Source: Bdellovibrionales bacterium (GTDB lineage: Bacteria; Bdellovibrionota; Bdellovibrionia; Bdellovibrionales; UBA1609). Taken from it: a DNA stretch of 17,271 nt. The position numbers were made by a program, and so were the translations under genes. Positions 1 through 7,910 of this stretch are shown in pieces. The notes beneath the pieces are model-generated. The model was not told the DNA's origin and did not search any database. It saw nothing but the letters and a program-made list of their open reading frames with translations. Location of the stretch: NCBI GenBank assembly GCA_050246815.1, contig JBFWVI010000055.1, forward strand, positions 1 through 17,271. Direction: 5' to 3'. Position 1 is the stretch's first letter, and each line of letters starts with the position of its first letter.

Positions 1-77
1 TGGCGGGGTCGACGGGACTCGAACCCGCGGCCTTCCGCGTGACAGGCGGACGTTATAACCAACTTAACTACGACCCC
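1..77 (-). tRNA. tRNA-Asp (anticodon GTC)
   Basis: The reverse complement GGGGTCGTAGTTAAGTTGGTTATAACGTCCGCCTGTCACGCGGAAGGCCGCGGGTTCGAGTCCCGTCGACCCCGCCA folds as a cloverleaf. Acceptor stem GGGGTCG/CGACCCC, anticodon loop CTGTCAC (anticodon at 41-43), T-loop TTCGAGT, discriminator G and encoded CCA. Confidence 0.98.
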
Positions 78-98
78 GCGCGAGATTCGAAGCTCCGC

Positions 99-127
99 AA
101 TATAGCGGTAGGCCCAGCGCCATACAA
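99..127 (-). promoter_or_regulatory. sigma70-type promoter of tRNA-Asp
   Basis: Minus strand TTGTAT (127-122), 17 bp spacer, TATATT (104-99), followed by a GC-rich discriminator (GCGGAGC), just upstream of the tRNA. Confidence 0.6.
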
Positions 128-167
128 CTCTTTTTAGAAGATCATGCAAATAAAATTTTGCCAATAG

Positions 168-180
168 TTTCAATGACTTA
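168..180 (+). promoter_or_regulatory. possible IHF-like binding site
   Basis: TTTCAATGACTTA has one mismatch to WATCAANNNNTTR and an A/T tract (148-159) upstream. It sits in the divergent tRNA/CDS intergenic region. Confidence 0.25.
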
Positions 181-312
181 ATAGTTCTGAGCCGCACCAG
201 ACCGACAAAGCCGCCTTGGCATGGATGGGCGCCACATTTTTTTACAAACGCTATCCCCTGCTCGCCAATACCCTCACGCTTCGCTAAAACGGGGCAACTT
301 AAGGAGGATTTC

Positions 313-1107
313 ATGCGATTGATTTCGGTGCTTATGAGCCTCATGTTGGCTGGACCCGCGCTGGCAAACGATTTTAGCGGTGAAGTCGACGGCAATGAAT
401 TACAAATCGACCTAAGCCAGTACCGCGGGGTTGGGAAGAAAACTAAAAACAACCAATACGTGAAAGCACAGTTTGAACGGGGCGTTTTAAGCGGTGGCTT
501 TTTTTGCACTCGCGAAGGCATGCTTAATAAAGTGACCCACACCCTTTCACTTTATTGCAGCGACGAAGTCCGCACCATCAGCGATGATGACAACGAGGCA
601 ATGAGTTTTCGCATAGAACAGCGCACGCAACGTCGCCATACCCAATATTTGATCACGCAAATCGATTGCGCCGGCGCTTGTGACTTCTTTGAAGATGAGA
701 TGACCACCCTCTTAGGTGAAGGATGGCGCCATTTGCCGGACGACACTTTATACGAAACAACCATCGAACTTAAACCAATCAGTCGTCGACGCTTCGCTGA
801 ATTTTTACCTGCTGAAACTGTCGCGTATGCCGCCAAACCGCAGGTCGGCAAAAGTGTTTTAATCCAAGATGGTTCTTTACGCGTCACTTTGCCGATCACC
901 AAGTTCGACTTTCGAATTGATCCCAATTTCGAGGTTTTGTTGACCGCGAGCTTGGGCAACTCACAAAACAAGACCATTCGCGTGCCACGAGAGTTGACCG
1001 TTCGTTTTTCAATCCTAAAAACGACTGGCCAGTTTGATTCTGGGCTTAAAGACGTGCAAACCATCGAACAGGAGCTTCGACGTCTTTTGAAAATTCAAGG
1101 CCGGTAG
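313..1107 (+). CDS. secreted hypothetical protein (264 aa)
   Basis: Near-perfect SD TAAGGAGG just before the ATG. N-terminal Sec signal peptide ending ALA-N, four Cys. No family recognised. The 3' end overlaps the convergent Rid gene by 13 bp. Confidence 0.8.
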   Translation: MRLISVLMSLMLAGPALANDFSGEVDGNELQIDLSQYRGVGKKTKNNQYVKAQFERGVLSGGFFCTREGMLNKVTHTLSLYCSDEVRTISDDDNEAMSFRIEQRTQRRHTQYLITQIDCAGACDFFEDEMTTLLGEGWRHLPDDTLYETTIELKPISRRRFAEFLPAETVAYAAKPQVGKSVLIQDGSLRVTLPITKFDFRIDPNFEVLLTASLGNSQNKTIRVPRELTVRFSILKTTGQFDSGLKDVQTIEQELRRLLKIQGR

Positions 1108-1508
1108 GCGATCACTTTTAATTCTACTGCGATCGAGGTTGGCAAGGAGCCGACTTCGACTGTGGTGCGAGTGGGACCGATGGCGGCGAAGTATTCGCCA
1201 TAGACCTTATTGAAGGCGGCAAAATCCTGCTTCATATGCGTCAAAAACACAGTCACGTCGACAACGTCTTTCAAACTGGAACCGGCGGCCTCTAAAACCA
1301 CACTTATATTTTGTATCGTTGAATGAGTCTGCACCGCCACATCATGACTTGTCACTTCGCCGTTGGCAGCCATCACCACTCCGGGAATTTCTTTTTGTCC
1401 GGGCTTACGCGGCCCCATGCCCGAAACAAAGATAAAATCTCCGACTCGACGGGCATGCGGATACGGCCCGACAGGCTCTGGAGCTTTATTGGTGATGACT
1501 TGGCTCAT
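1095..1508 (-). CDS. amnD: Rid/YjgF-family enamine/imine deaminase, probable 2-aminomuconate deaminase
   Basis: Motifs APEPVGPYPHARRVGDFIFVSG, VVDVTVFL, FNKVYGEYF, PTRTTVEV (catalytic Arg) and VELKVIA. SD AGAGG. Last gene of an aminophenol dioxygenase/ALDH operon. Confidence 0.85.
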   Translation of the reverse strand: MSQVITNKAPEPVGPYPHARRVGDFIFVSGMGPRKPGQKEIPGVVMAANGEVTSHDVAVQTHSTIQNISVVLEAAGSSLKDVVDVTVFLTHMKQDFAAFNKVYGEYFAAIGPTRTTVEVGSLPTSIAVELKVIAYRP

Positions 1509-1519
1509 AAAAAACCTCT

Positions 1520-2632
1520 TTAAAGTCCATGGTGTTCATCAGGAGAAAAATACCAGCGGTCGTGATCGGGGTCCCATTCGTCCCATGTGGGAATGCCGGC
1601 CAAAATTTTTTGATATTGATCCGGAACAAGTCCCGGAACTAAAAATGCCTTTTGACGTTTAAGCGGGTAAGGGTTGCGCAAAGTAAAACCCAAAACGCCC
1701 AAAATCCCGCGGGCCACATACCAAGTGGCTTGGGGATTCCAACCATGGGCAATCTTAATCACCACGCCAAGCCCTTGCGGGTAATCTTTATGCTGAATCG
1801 CAAGCCCCAGCAGACCGTCGGCGCCCTCTTTGGCAATCACTTGGCCATTGCAAGATTTCATCACCGTCGTGTCCAACCGATTAAAGCCGCCGACCAGATC
1901 GGGATAACGAATCATGGATTCCCAGATCCAATCCTCTTTGGCTGTGCGAGCCAGACCCGCATAACATTGGGCCAACTGATTTACCGTCATCGCCACCGTG
2001 GGCAGACCATCACCATCACGGGCCACCCGCAAAGGCTTAAAGTCGTCGCCCAGATAACGGCGCACCACTTTCATATACTCATGAAAAACAGGGTGATCCG
2101 GCAAAGTGTAACCGGCCCGCGACCAAGCTTTTAACCGACAGCCGCGCAAAATCGCCGCGTGATGGCCCGAGGAGTTATTAAACCATCGCCTGGGCCGACG
2201 CACTTGGCGGCCAAACTGCACCAGCGGCAAGTCCAGCGGCGTCTGCATCAGGCCCCATTCACTTTCACTTAAAAGACTTTGCGAGACTTCCACATGTTCG
2301 GCTGAACCATTATGACTGGAAACACTGATCGCCTTTTGACGCCAATCGGTCGTTTCATTTAATTCTTTGGCAAAAACTTTGATGTAAAAGGGCTTCATCA
2401 TGCTACGCCCATAACAAAGCACATTGCCACCGAATGAATGAATGGCTTTATCACCCGCATACCAGGCCACCGCACCATGAATGGTGTTTTCACTGACGCC
2501 GTTACGTCGATAGTCGACCAACGGCTCCCACTCCACATCACGGCCAGTGGGAATACCCGGCACTTGATCGCCAAAGGTGGACTTGGGGTAAACTTCGTCT
2601 AGATCATAACGCCGACTCATCGTCACCTTCAT
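1520..2632 (-). CDS. class 3 (Rhizobium etli-type, Asparaginase_II) asparaginase-fold amidohydrolase, divergent metal site
   Basis: Motifs R-x-G-x-x-E-x-x-H-G, RSMMKP (Ser-Lys), SSHNG, NNSSGHH (canonical NCSGKH), DGDGLP (canonical DGCGxP) and AKEGADG. The start may instead be ATG at 2620. Confidence 0.85.
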   Translation of the reverse strand: MKVTMSRRYDLDEVYPKSTFGDQVPGIPTGRDVEWEPLVDYRRNGVSENTIHGAVAWYAGDKAIHSFGGNVLCYGRSMMKPFYIKVFAKELNETTDWRQKAISVSSHNGSAEHVEVSQSLLSESEWGLMQTPLDLPLVQFGRQVRRPRRWFNNSSGHHAAILRGCRLKAWSRAGYTLPDHPVFHEYMKVVRRYLGDDFKPLRVARDGDGLPTVAMTVNQLAQCYAGLARTAKEDWIWESMIRYPDLVGGFNRLDTTVMKSCNGQVIAKEGADGLLGLAIQHKDYPQGLGVVIKIAHGWNPQATWYVARGILGVLGFTLRNPYPLKRQKAFLVPGLVPDQYQKILAGIPTWDEWDPDHDRWYFSPDEHHGL

Positions 2633-3593
2633 GCCGGTTAAAGGGATCTTTCGGCAACGCGTCTTGTTGCTGGCTTGAATCCAAAACGTTTCTTTCGCCT
2701 AAGTACTGATCCGGATCATTTTCGTCGAATTCAAGATCGCGTGCCGCGCGTTCGCTTGGAGTCAATCCGATCACCGCCGCGCCAGAGCCAAACACCGGCT
2801 GATATTCGAAGACTTTACCGCTATAAAGATTATTTTGCCCCATCACGGCGGCCAGCCACCAAAAGGGTTTAAAGTTTGATACTTTGTTCACCCGAGCTTC
2901 GCGATGAAACTGGCGCGAAAGTTGTGACACGTCTTCAAGACGGCCGGCTTCTAAAAACTCCAGAAATTTTTTGTTCCACTCTTGATCTTTTAATGAATGA
3001 ATGGCGTCTGCTTTAGGATCAATCCAAGTTGAATGCAAACGATTCGACAGCGATGAAACCACAATCGGCACGATGCGCTTGCCCGAAGTTTCAATCGCAT
3101 CGCGAGCGGCCTTACCATAAACGATCGTTTCGGCGCGGTCAGAATAAATATTGCTGGAAACAATGACCGCAGGCCAGCGGTTGTCTTTGTTCAGCAATTG
3201 ATTCACCACCACACTGCCGGTGTCGATGGGAAAGCCTTTATAAGCCACGGTTCGGGCCTGAAGCCCGCGCTGAATGCACTTTTGTTTGATCAGCTCGGCT
3301 AGCTCCGCATCGACTTTCATTTTGTAAGGTATCGACCCCAGATCATGGAACTCTTCGTCCACATGCACCCACTCAGGATTTGGGTCGGCTTGAATTTGGT
3401 GGCCAATCACACTTGGCCAGTAAGTTGAATAAATCATCAGGCCGTCGATATTGGCTGCGTCCAGCTCTTCGCGCACCAAATTAAAGGCGTCGCGGACTTT
3501 TTTCCAACCTGGATTTTGATCCGCGGCCAGCAAAATGTGCGGCACGCCTGGCAGCATGTAACCTTTGGGGCAAGAGCCTTGTTTTTCGCTCAT
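2604..3593 (-). CDS. amnA: 2-aminophenol 1,6-dioxygenase-like alpha (non-catalytic) subunit, LigB family
   Basis: LPGVPH, IYSTYW, HVDEEFHDLG, YKGFPIDTG, SSNIY and YQPVFGSGAAV match the AmnA/CnbCb pattern. It follows the beta subunit with an ATGA overlap and carries an extra acidic C-terminal tail of about 50 aa. Confidence 0.85.
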   Translation of the reverse strand: MSEKQGSCPKGYMLPGVPHILLAADQNPGWKKVRDAFNLVREELDAANIDGLMIYSTYWPSVIGHQIQADPNPEWVHVDEEFHDLGSIPYKMKVDAELAELIKQKCIQRGLQARTVAYKGFPIDTGSVVVNQLLNKDNRWPAVIVSSNIYSDRAETIVYGKAARDAIETSGKRIVPIVVSSLSNRLHSTWIDPKADAIHSLKDQEWNKKFLEFLEAGRLEDVSQLSRQFHREARVNKVSNFKPFWWLAAVMGQNNLYSGKVFEYQPVFGSGAAVIGLTPSERAARDLEFDENDPDQYLGERNVLDSSQQQDALPKDPFNRHEGDDESAL

Positions 3594-4492
3594 AGGTGGG
3601 CTCCCTTTTTCATTTCATTCCATTCGACAATGGCGTTGCCGGTTCCAATCACTGTGCCGTAAGCATGCACTTCGGCCGGATAGGTCGGCAGGTTCAAAGC
3701 CGACAGCATCCATGTCAGACTTCCCGCATCGGTTTCGGCGGTGGCTTGCTCGGTGAAGTCCGTCATCACATCCAAAATTTCTTGAGTGCGCCCGGCCTTC
3801 ATCAAGTTGATCATTTTCATGTCCCACAAATACTGATTGTGGTTGTTCACGTGTTCTCGGCTCATGTCTTCGGGCACTTCGCCTTCGACAGTAAAATGAC
3901 GATGAGACAAAGAGTTGCTGGATAATAAAACCGCCCGTTTGCCGCTGGCCTCGACCGCTTTTCGCGTGGCCTGGCCCAGCTTCACCATCAACGACTGCAT
4001 CACATCCACGTTGAAGTAGCGCGAAGCCCCTTGCGACGAAATACCAACGATTGGTTTGTCCCATCTGGGGTTGGTCATATGGCAAGAGACGATCGTTCCA
4101 TAGTCGACCCTGAAATCCGGATTGCGCATCATCTTAGCGGTCAAACCCAGACCTTCGGCCTCCTTGTGAATCATCTCTGCCAAAGGCACATCCACCTGCA
4201 GATCATAGTGATAGCGAAACAGATTCGGAAACACCGGGTCCACCGACACCGATTTAAAGTGCGGCACCCCCAAAAGATGGGTGCCCACATGGGTTCGCCA
4301 ATGGGGCGAATGCACGATCAAGACGTCATAATCATAAGCTTCAAGGCTTTTACGTAAACGTTCGTAACCCCAGCGCAAAACTTCCCAGCCGCATTCGGCA
4401 CGCGGCTCGTTTTGCGGTGGATTTTCGGCATACACCAAGTGAGGCGGATGAGGTGCTAAAACACCGGCGATGATTTGCCCATTTTTTGCCAA
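3590..4492 (-). CDS. amnB: 2-aminophenol 1,6-dioxygenase-like beta (catalytic) subunit, extradiol LigB family
   Basis: APHPPHLVYAENPPQNEPR, GWEVLRW, HSPHW, SVDPVFPNLFRY, MMRNPDFRVDYGT, LSH, PEDMS and YGTVIGTGNA. Fe ligands H15/H64/E253 and catalytic Y131/H197 are in register with characterised APD beta subunits. TTG start with SD AGGGGG. Confidence 0.93.
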   Translation of the reverse strand: MAKNGQIIAGVLAPHPPHLVYAENPPQNEPRAECGWEVLRWGYERLRKSLEAYDYDVLIVHSPHWRTHVGTHLLGVPHFKSVSVDPVFPNLFRYHYDLQVDVPLAEMIHKEAEGLGLTAKMMRNPDFRVDYGTIVSCHMTNPRWDKPIVGISSQGASRYFNVDVMQSLMVKLGQATRKAVEASGKRAVLLSSNSLSHRHFTVEGEVPEDMSREHVNNHNQYLWDMKMINLMKAGRTQEILDVMTDFTEQATAETDAGSLTWMLSALNLPTYPAEVHAYGTVIGTGNAIVEWNEMKKGAHL

Positions 4493-4501
4493 AGCGTCCC
4501 C

Positions 4502-5944
4502 CTAAAGTTGCACACAGACCGTTTTGGTCTCGGTGAAAAAGTCCAATGAGTGTTCGCCGCCCTCGCGGCCCAAACCTGAGGCCTTCATACCGCCAAAGGG
4601 CATGCGCAGATCGCGCTTCAGCCAGGTGTTGATCCAAACCGTGCCGGCCTCGACCTCGCGGGCCAGCTTGTGCGCTTTACTTAAATCCTGGGTCCAGATC
4701 GAAGCTGCTAAACCGTAAGGTGAATTGTTGGCCCACTTGATCGCGTCAAACGGGTATTTAAATGAAGACACGGTCACCACGGGGCCGAAAATTTCGGTTT
4801 GATGCAAATCCGAACAATTTGAAAGATCCCTGATCACGGTGGGGCGCATGAAATATCCGCCCTTTAAATGTGAGGGAAGATCCAAAGGCTCATCACCAGC
4901 CACGATTTTACCACTATCTTTTCGCGCCTGCGCCAAAGCGCTTTGCACTTTGCTGAACTGCTCGCGGCTGACCAAAGGTCCCATGTAGGTGCCAGGCTCA
5001 GTGCGGTCGCCGACTTTGATGGCTTTCACGGCTTGGGCGAAAAGAGTCACGAATTTTTCATAGATCTCTTCTTGAACCAAAATTTTCGAGCCACACAAAC
5101 AGATCTGTCCCTGGTTCAAAAAGCTTGAGCGAACGATCTCAGGCATAATCTTATCAAGGTTGGCGTCTTTCAAAATAATCGTGGCGTTTTTGCCGCCCAA
5201 TTCTAAACTGACCTTTTTGAACAAGGGCGCGGCCATCTTTTGAATTTTTTCGCCCGTTGCTGTGCCTCCCGTGAACGAAATCAAATGCACGCCTGGATGC
5301 GACACCAAGGTTGCTCCCACCCCCTCACCACGACCGTGCACGATATTGACGACGCCGTCGGGAAGTTTGACCTGCTGAAAAATTTCACCAAGCATGGTCG
5401 CCGTGGTTGGAGTGAATTCGGAGGGCTTGCAGACCGTCGTGTTACCGACGGCAATGGCCGGCGCGATTTTCCAAGTCAAAAGATAAAGGGGCAAATTCCA
5501 AGGCGAAATCAAACCCGCCACGCCCAAAGGCAAACGCAAAGTGTAATTGAGCGCTTCACCATCCATGTCGGTGGCTTGCAAACTGGTGTGCAGAATTTGG
5601 CCTGCGAAAAAGCGAAAATTCAAAGCGGCTCGAGTAATATCCATCTCTTTGGCTAAAGCGAGCGGTTTACCCGTGTCGCGACTTTCGGCTTCGGCCAAGG
5701 CATCGGCTCGCTCATCGATCAAGTCGGCGATACGGTAGAGGTAATCGGCACGCTCGCGTGCTTTGAGTTTGCTCCACGACGGAAATGCCTTGTTTGCGGC
5801 CGCGATCGCTTGAACCATGTCCACCGGATCCGAGTCTGGAACCTTTTCACAAACCTCACCGGTGCTGGGATCATACTTATCGAGATACTTGTTATTCGAG
5901 GGCGGAATAAATTCACCATTTATAAAGTTGCTTAAACCTTTCAT
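4502..5944 (-). CDS. amnC: aldehyde dehydrogenase, 2-aminomuconate/2-hydroxymuconate semialdehyde dehydrogenase (ALDH8-like) family
   Basis: ISPWNLPL, KPSE, FTGGT, LELGGKN, NQGQICLCGS (catalytic Cys) and EIFGPV. The family-typical Arg motifs RAALNFRFFA and WLKRDLRMPFGG are present. Confidence 0.9.
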   Translation of the reverse strand: MKGLSNFINGEFIPPSNNKYLDKYDPSTGEVCEKVPDSDPVDMVQAIAAANKAFPSWSKLKARERADYLYRIADLIDERADALAEAESRDTGKPLALAKEMDITRAALNFRFFAGQILHTSLQATDMDGEALNYTLRLPLGVAGLISPWNLPLYLLTWKIAPAIAVGNTTVCKPSEFTPTTATMLGEIFQQVKLPDGVVNIVHGRGEGVGATLVSHPGVHLISFTGGTATGEKIQKMAAPLFKKVSLELGGKNATIILKDANLDKIMPEIVRSSFLNQGQICLCGSKILVQEEIYEKFVTLFAQAVKAIKVGDRTEPGTYMGPLVSREQFSKVQSALAQARKDSGKIVAGDEPLDLPSHLKGGYFMRPTVIRDLSNCSDLHQTEIFGPVVTVSSFKYPFDAIKWANNSPYGLAASIWTQDLSKAHKLAREVEAGTVWINTWLKRDLRMPFGGMKASGLGREGGEHSLDFFTETKTVCVQL

Positions 5945-7143
5945 CGTGCACCACCATTTTGAAATTCAGGCGCCACTTGTCTCATAAAAGCACGCATGCT
6001 GTTTTCAATCAGATCATTGTCATGAATATTAAAATCAAACCAAAGCATCACGCGGTCTTCAGGCTGATAACGTGAGCGAATTTGCTCAATGATGTCCTTG
6101 GGTGTGCCGACTAAGGCATTGCCCACCGCCTGCTCTACTTTTTTGCTGTCCAAGGTACCTTCCATTGCGCGCCAATAATTTTCATAGGCCGCTTTCGCCC
6201 TTGCTTTGGCTTTAGCGCGATCTTCATCGATAAACACCATAACGGTTCGAGGCATCAGATCTCGGCGCCAAGGGCCGCCATCGCGATGATACTTTTCGCT
6301 CATACGACGATGAGTGGCGTCGATCACTTCGGGCGGAGTAATTGAAAGATTAAAGACTCCGACGGGCAAAATTTGATTGGCCGACACTTGGGTTGCGGCA
6401 TCGTGGGTGCCAATGGTTAGGCTTAAAAGCTCGCGTCGTACATCGCGCGGGATGACACCCAATTTTTCAAAAGGCCAAAAAGTCGGAACTTCAATTTGTT
6501 TTACGCCCGGCTCGGCTAAAGACGCCACTTTTTGCCAATCTTCAGGGGTGCGAAAATCCTCCGCGCGCAGAGTCATCGCAGCCACATCCTCGGAACTCAG
6601 CAAATCACCGCGCAAAAGACGCAAAAAGATCTCCGTGGCCTGCTGTAAAATCTTACCCTTAATGACAGGCCAGGCCTGCTTCTCGAGGGCATTGCGTGGC
6701 ACAAGCCCATACGGGCGATTTGAGAAATCAAACCGGCCCGAAGCAAAACCAATATGCAGACGACGCTTTTCACTGGGCTCTAAGCCATGCATGGCCAAAA
6801 AGGTCCGCACCGCTTCGGCATGCGCAATGGGACCGCCATTGCACAAAATATTGCGAATAGCAGAGCCCACTTCAATGCGCTTGGTGCGTGCGAAGATCTT
6901 ATGCGCCAATTGCAAGATGTCGGTGTTGAGACCGATCTCGCCTTTGAAATGCGGGATCACCGCCGTGGGCAATTGCTTCTGGATTTCGCAAGATAAATGT
7001 GTTTCGGCCACCCAGGCCACGCCAAAACCCAACTCATCAGCCAATTGCACTTGTGAAAAAAACTGCCGCCACATGGTGGTTTCATCCGGCATAAAACCAT
7101 CGACTTCGGTTTGGCAAATGGCGAAAAAAATATCAAACTTCAT
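5941..7143 (-). CDS. LLM-class (luciferase-like) flavin-dependent oxidoreductase/monooxygenase
   Basis: MKFDIFF start, LADELGFGVAWVAETH, ARTKRIEVGSA, RLHIGFASGR, and C-terminal ALVGTPKDIIEQI...SMRAFMRQVAPEF. ATGA overlaps at both ends. Confidence 0.88.
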   Translation of the reverse strand: MKFDIFFAICQTEVDGFMPDETTMWRQFFSQVQLADELGFGVAWVAETHLSCEIQKQLPTAVIPHFKGEIGLNTDILQLAHKIFARTKRIEVGSAIRNILCNGGPIAHAEAVRTFLAMHGLEPSEKRRLHIGFASGRFDFSNRPYGLVPRNALEKQAWPVIKGKILQQATEIFLRLLRGDLLSSEDVAAMTLRAEDFRTPEDWQKVASLAEPGVKQIEVPTFWPFEKLGVIPRDVRRELLSLTIGTHDAATQVSANQILPVGVFNLSITPPEVIDATHRRMSEKYHRDGGPWRRDLMPRTVMVFIDEDRAKAKARAKAAYENYWRAMEGTLDSKKVEQAVGNALVGTPKDIIEQIRSRYQPEDRVMLWFDFNIHDNDLIENSMRAFMRQVAPEFQNGGAR

Positions 7144-7910
7144 AAACTTCCCGTGCGTCCGCCATCCACGGGCAGATTAATGCCGTTGATGTAAGCGGCA
7201 GCTGGCGAAGCCAAAAATGCGATGGCGGCCCCAAGCTCACTGGGCTCACCAAAGCGCCCCGCGGGAATTGAGTTGAGCCATGTGGACTCAATGGCTTGCA
7301 CACTTTTGTTTTCACGTTGAGCGGTCGCTGTTTTTAATGCATCCAAACGATCCGTCGAAGTGTAGCCGGGTAAAATATTATTTACGGTGATGCCAAAGGA
7401 GGCCAGTTCAAGCGACATTGTTTTAGCCCAATTGGCCATGGCCGCACGAATGGTGTTGCTGACCCCTAAATTCGGCAGCGGAGTTTTCACCGAAGTCGAA
7501 AGCACATTCAAAATGCGGCCATACTTTAATCGCTTCATACCCGGGACCAGGCCTTGCGTTAAAAGATGTGCCGGCACTACATGGGATTGAAAGGCCGCAG
7601 TCAATTCGGTGACATCGGCAGCCAACAAAGGCCCTGCCTTGGGGCCACCTGTGTTGTTTAACAAAACGGCGAAGTCGCCGTGCTCTTTTAATAATAAGTT
7701 CAGATTATTTTGTAGCGAAGTGGTGTCGGCCAGATCTTGGGCCCACACGTGATGACGTCCCGGCAAATCGGCCACGATTTTTTTTAAAGACGCCTCATCC
7801 CGGGCGACCAAAACCAATTCAGCCCCCAGTTCGGCCAACTGTTTGGCCGCAGCCAAGCCGATGCCCTTGGACGCCCCACAAAGAAGGGCCTTTTTGCCTT
7901 TCAAGCTCAA
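7140..7910 (-). CDS. SDR-family oxidoreductase (BKR-like subgroup lacking the YxxxK motif)
   Basis: CGASKGIG Rossmann motif, NNTGGP, GITVNNILPG, IPAGRFG and YINGINLPVDGG. SNTIR replaces YxxxK. The start is TTG 7910 or possibly ATC 7916. SD AGGAGG at 7927-7922. Confidence 0.9.
   Translation of the reverse strand: MSLKGKKALLCGASKGIGLAAAKQLAELGAELVLVARDEASLKKIVADLPGRHHVWAQDLADTTSLQNNLNLLLKEHGDFAVLLNNTGGPKAGPLLAADVTELTAAFQSHVVPAHLLTQGLVPGMKRLKYGRILNVLSTSVKTPLPNLGVSNTIRAAMANWAKTMSLELASFGITVNNILPGYTSTDRLDALKTATAQRENKSVQAIESTWLNSIPAGRFGEPSELGAAIAFLASPAAAYINGINLPVDGGRTGSL

Noticed and set aside
1..312. tRNA-anchored genomic island or att site
   Set aside because: The tRNA 3' end points out of the window. 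No integrase and no duplicated tRNA 3' fragment were noticed inside the window.
1520..2632. Plain L-asparaginase (ansA) call
   Set aside because: All three canonical Zn ligands are substituted and the context is aromatic catabolism, so no gene symbol was assigned.
6377..7180. 267-aa plus-strand ORF, and other long antisense ORFs such as 552-1064, 1652-2134, 9318-9785, 10812-11351 and 14785-15309
   Set aside because: They lie antisense to well-supported genes and show no recognisable motifs. They are typical shadow ORFs.
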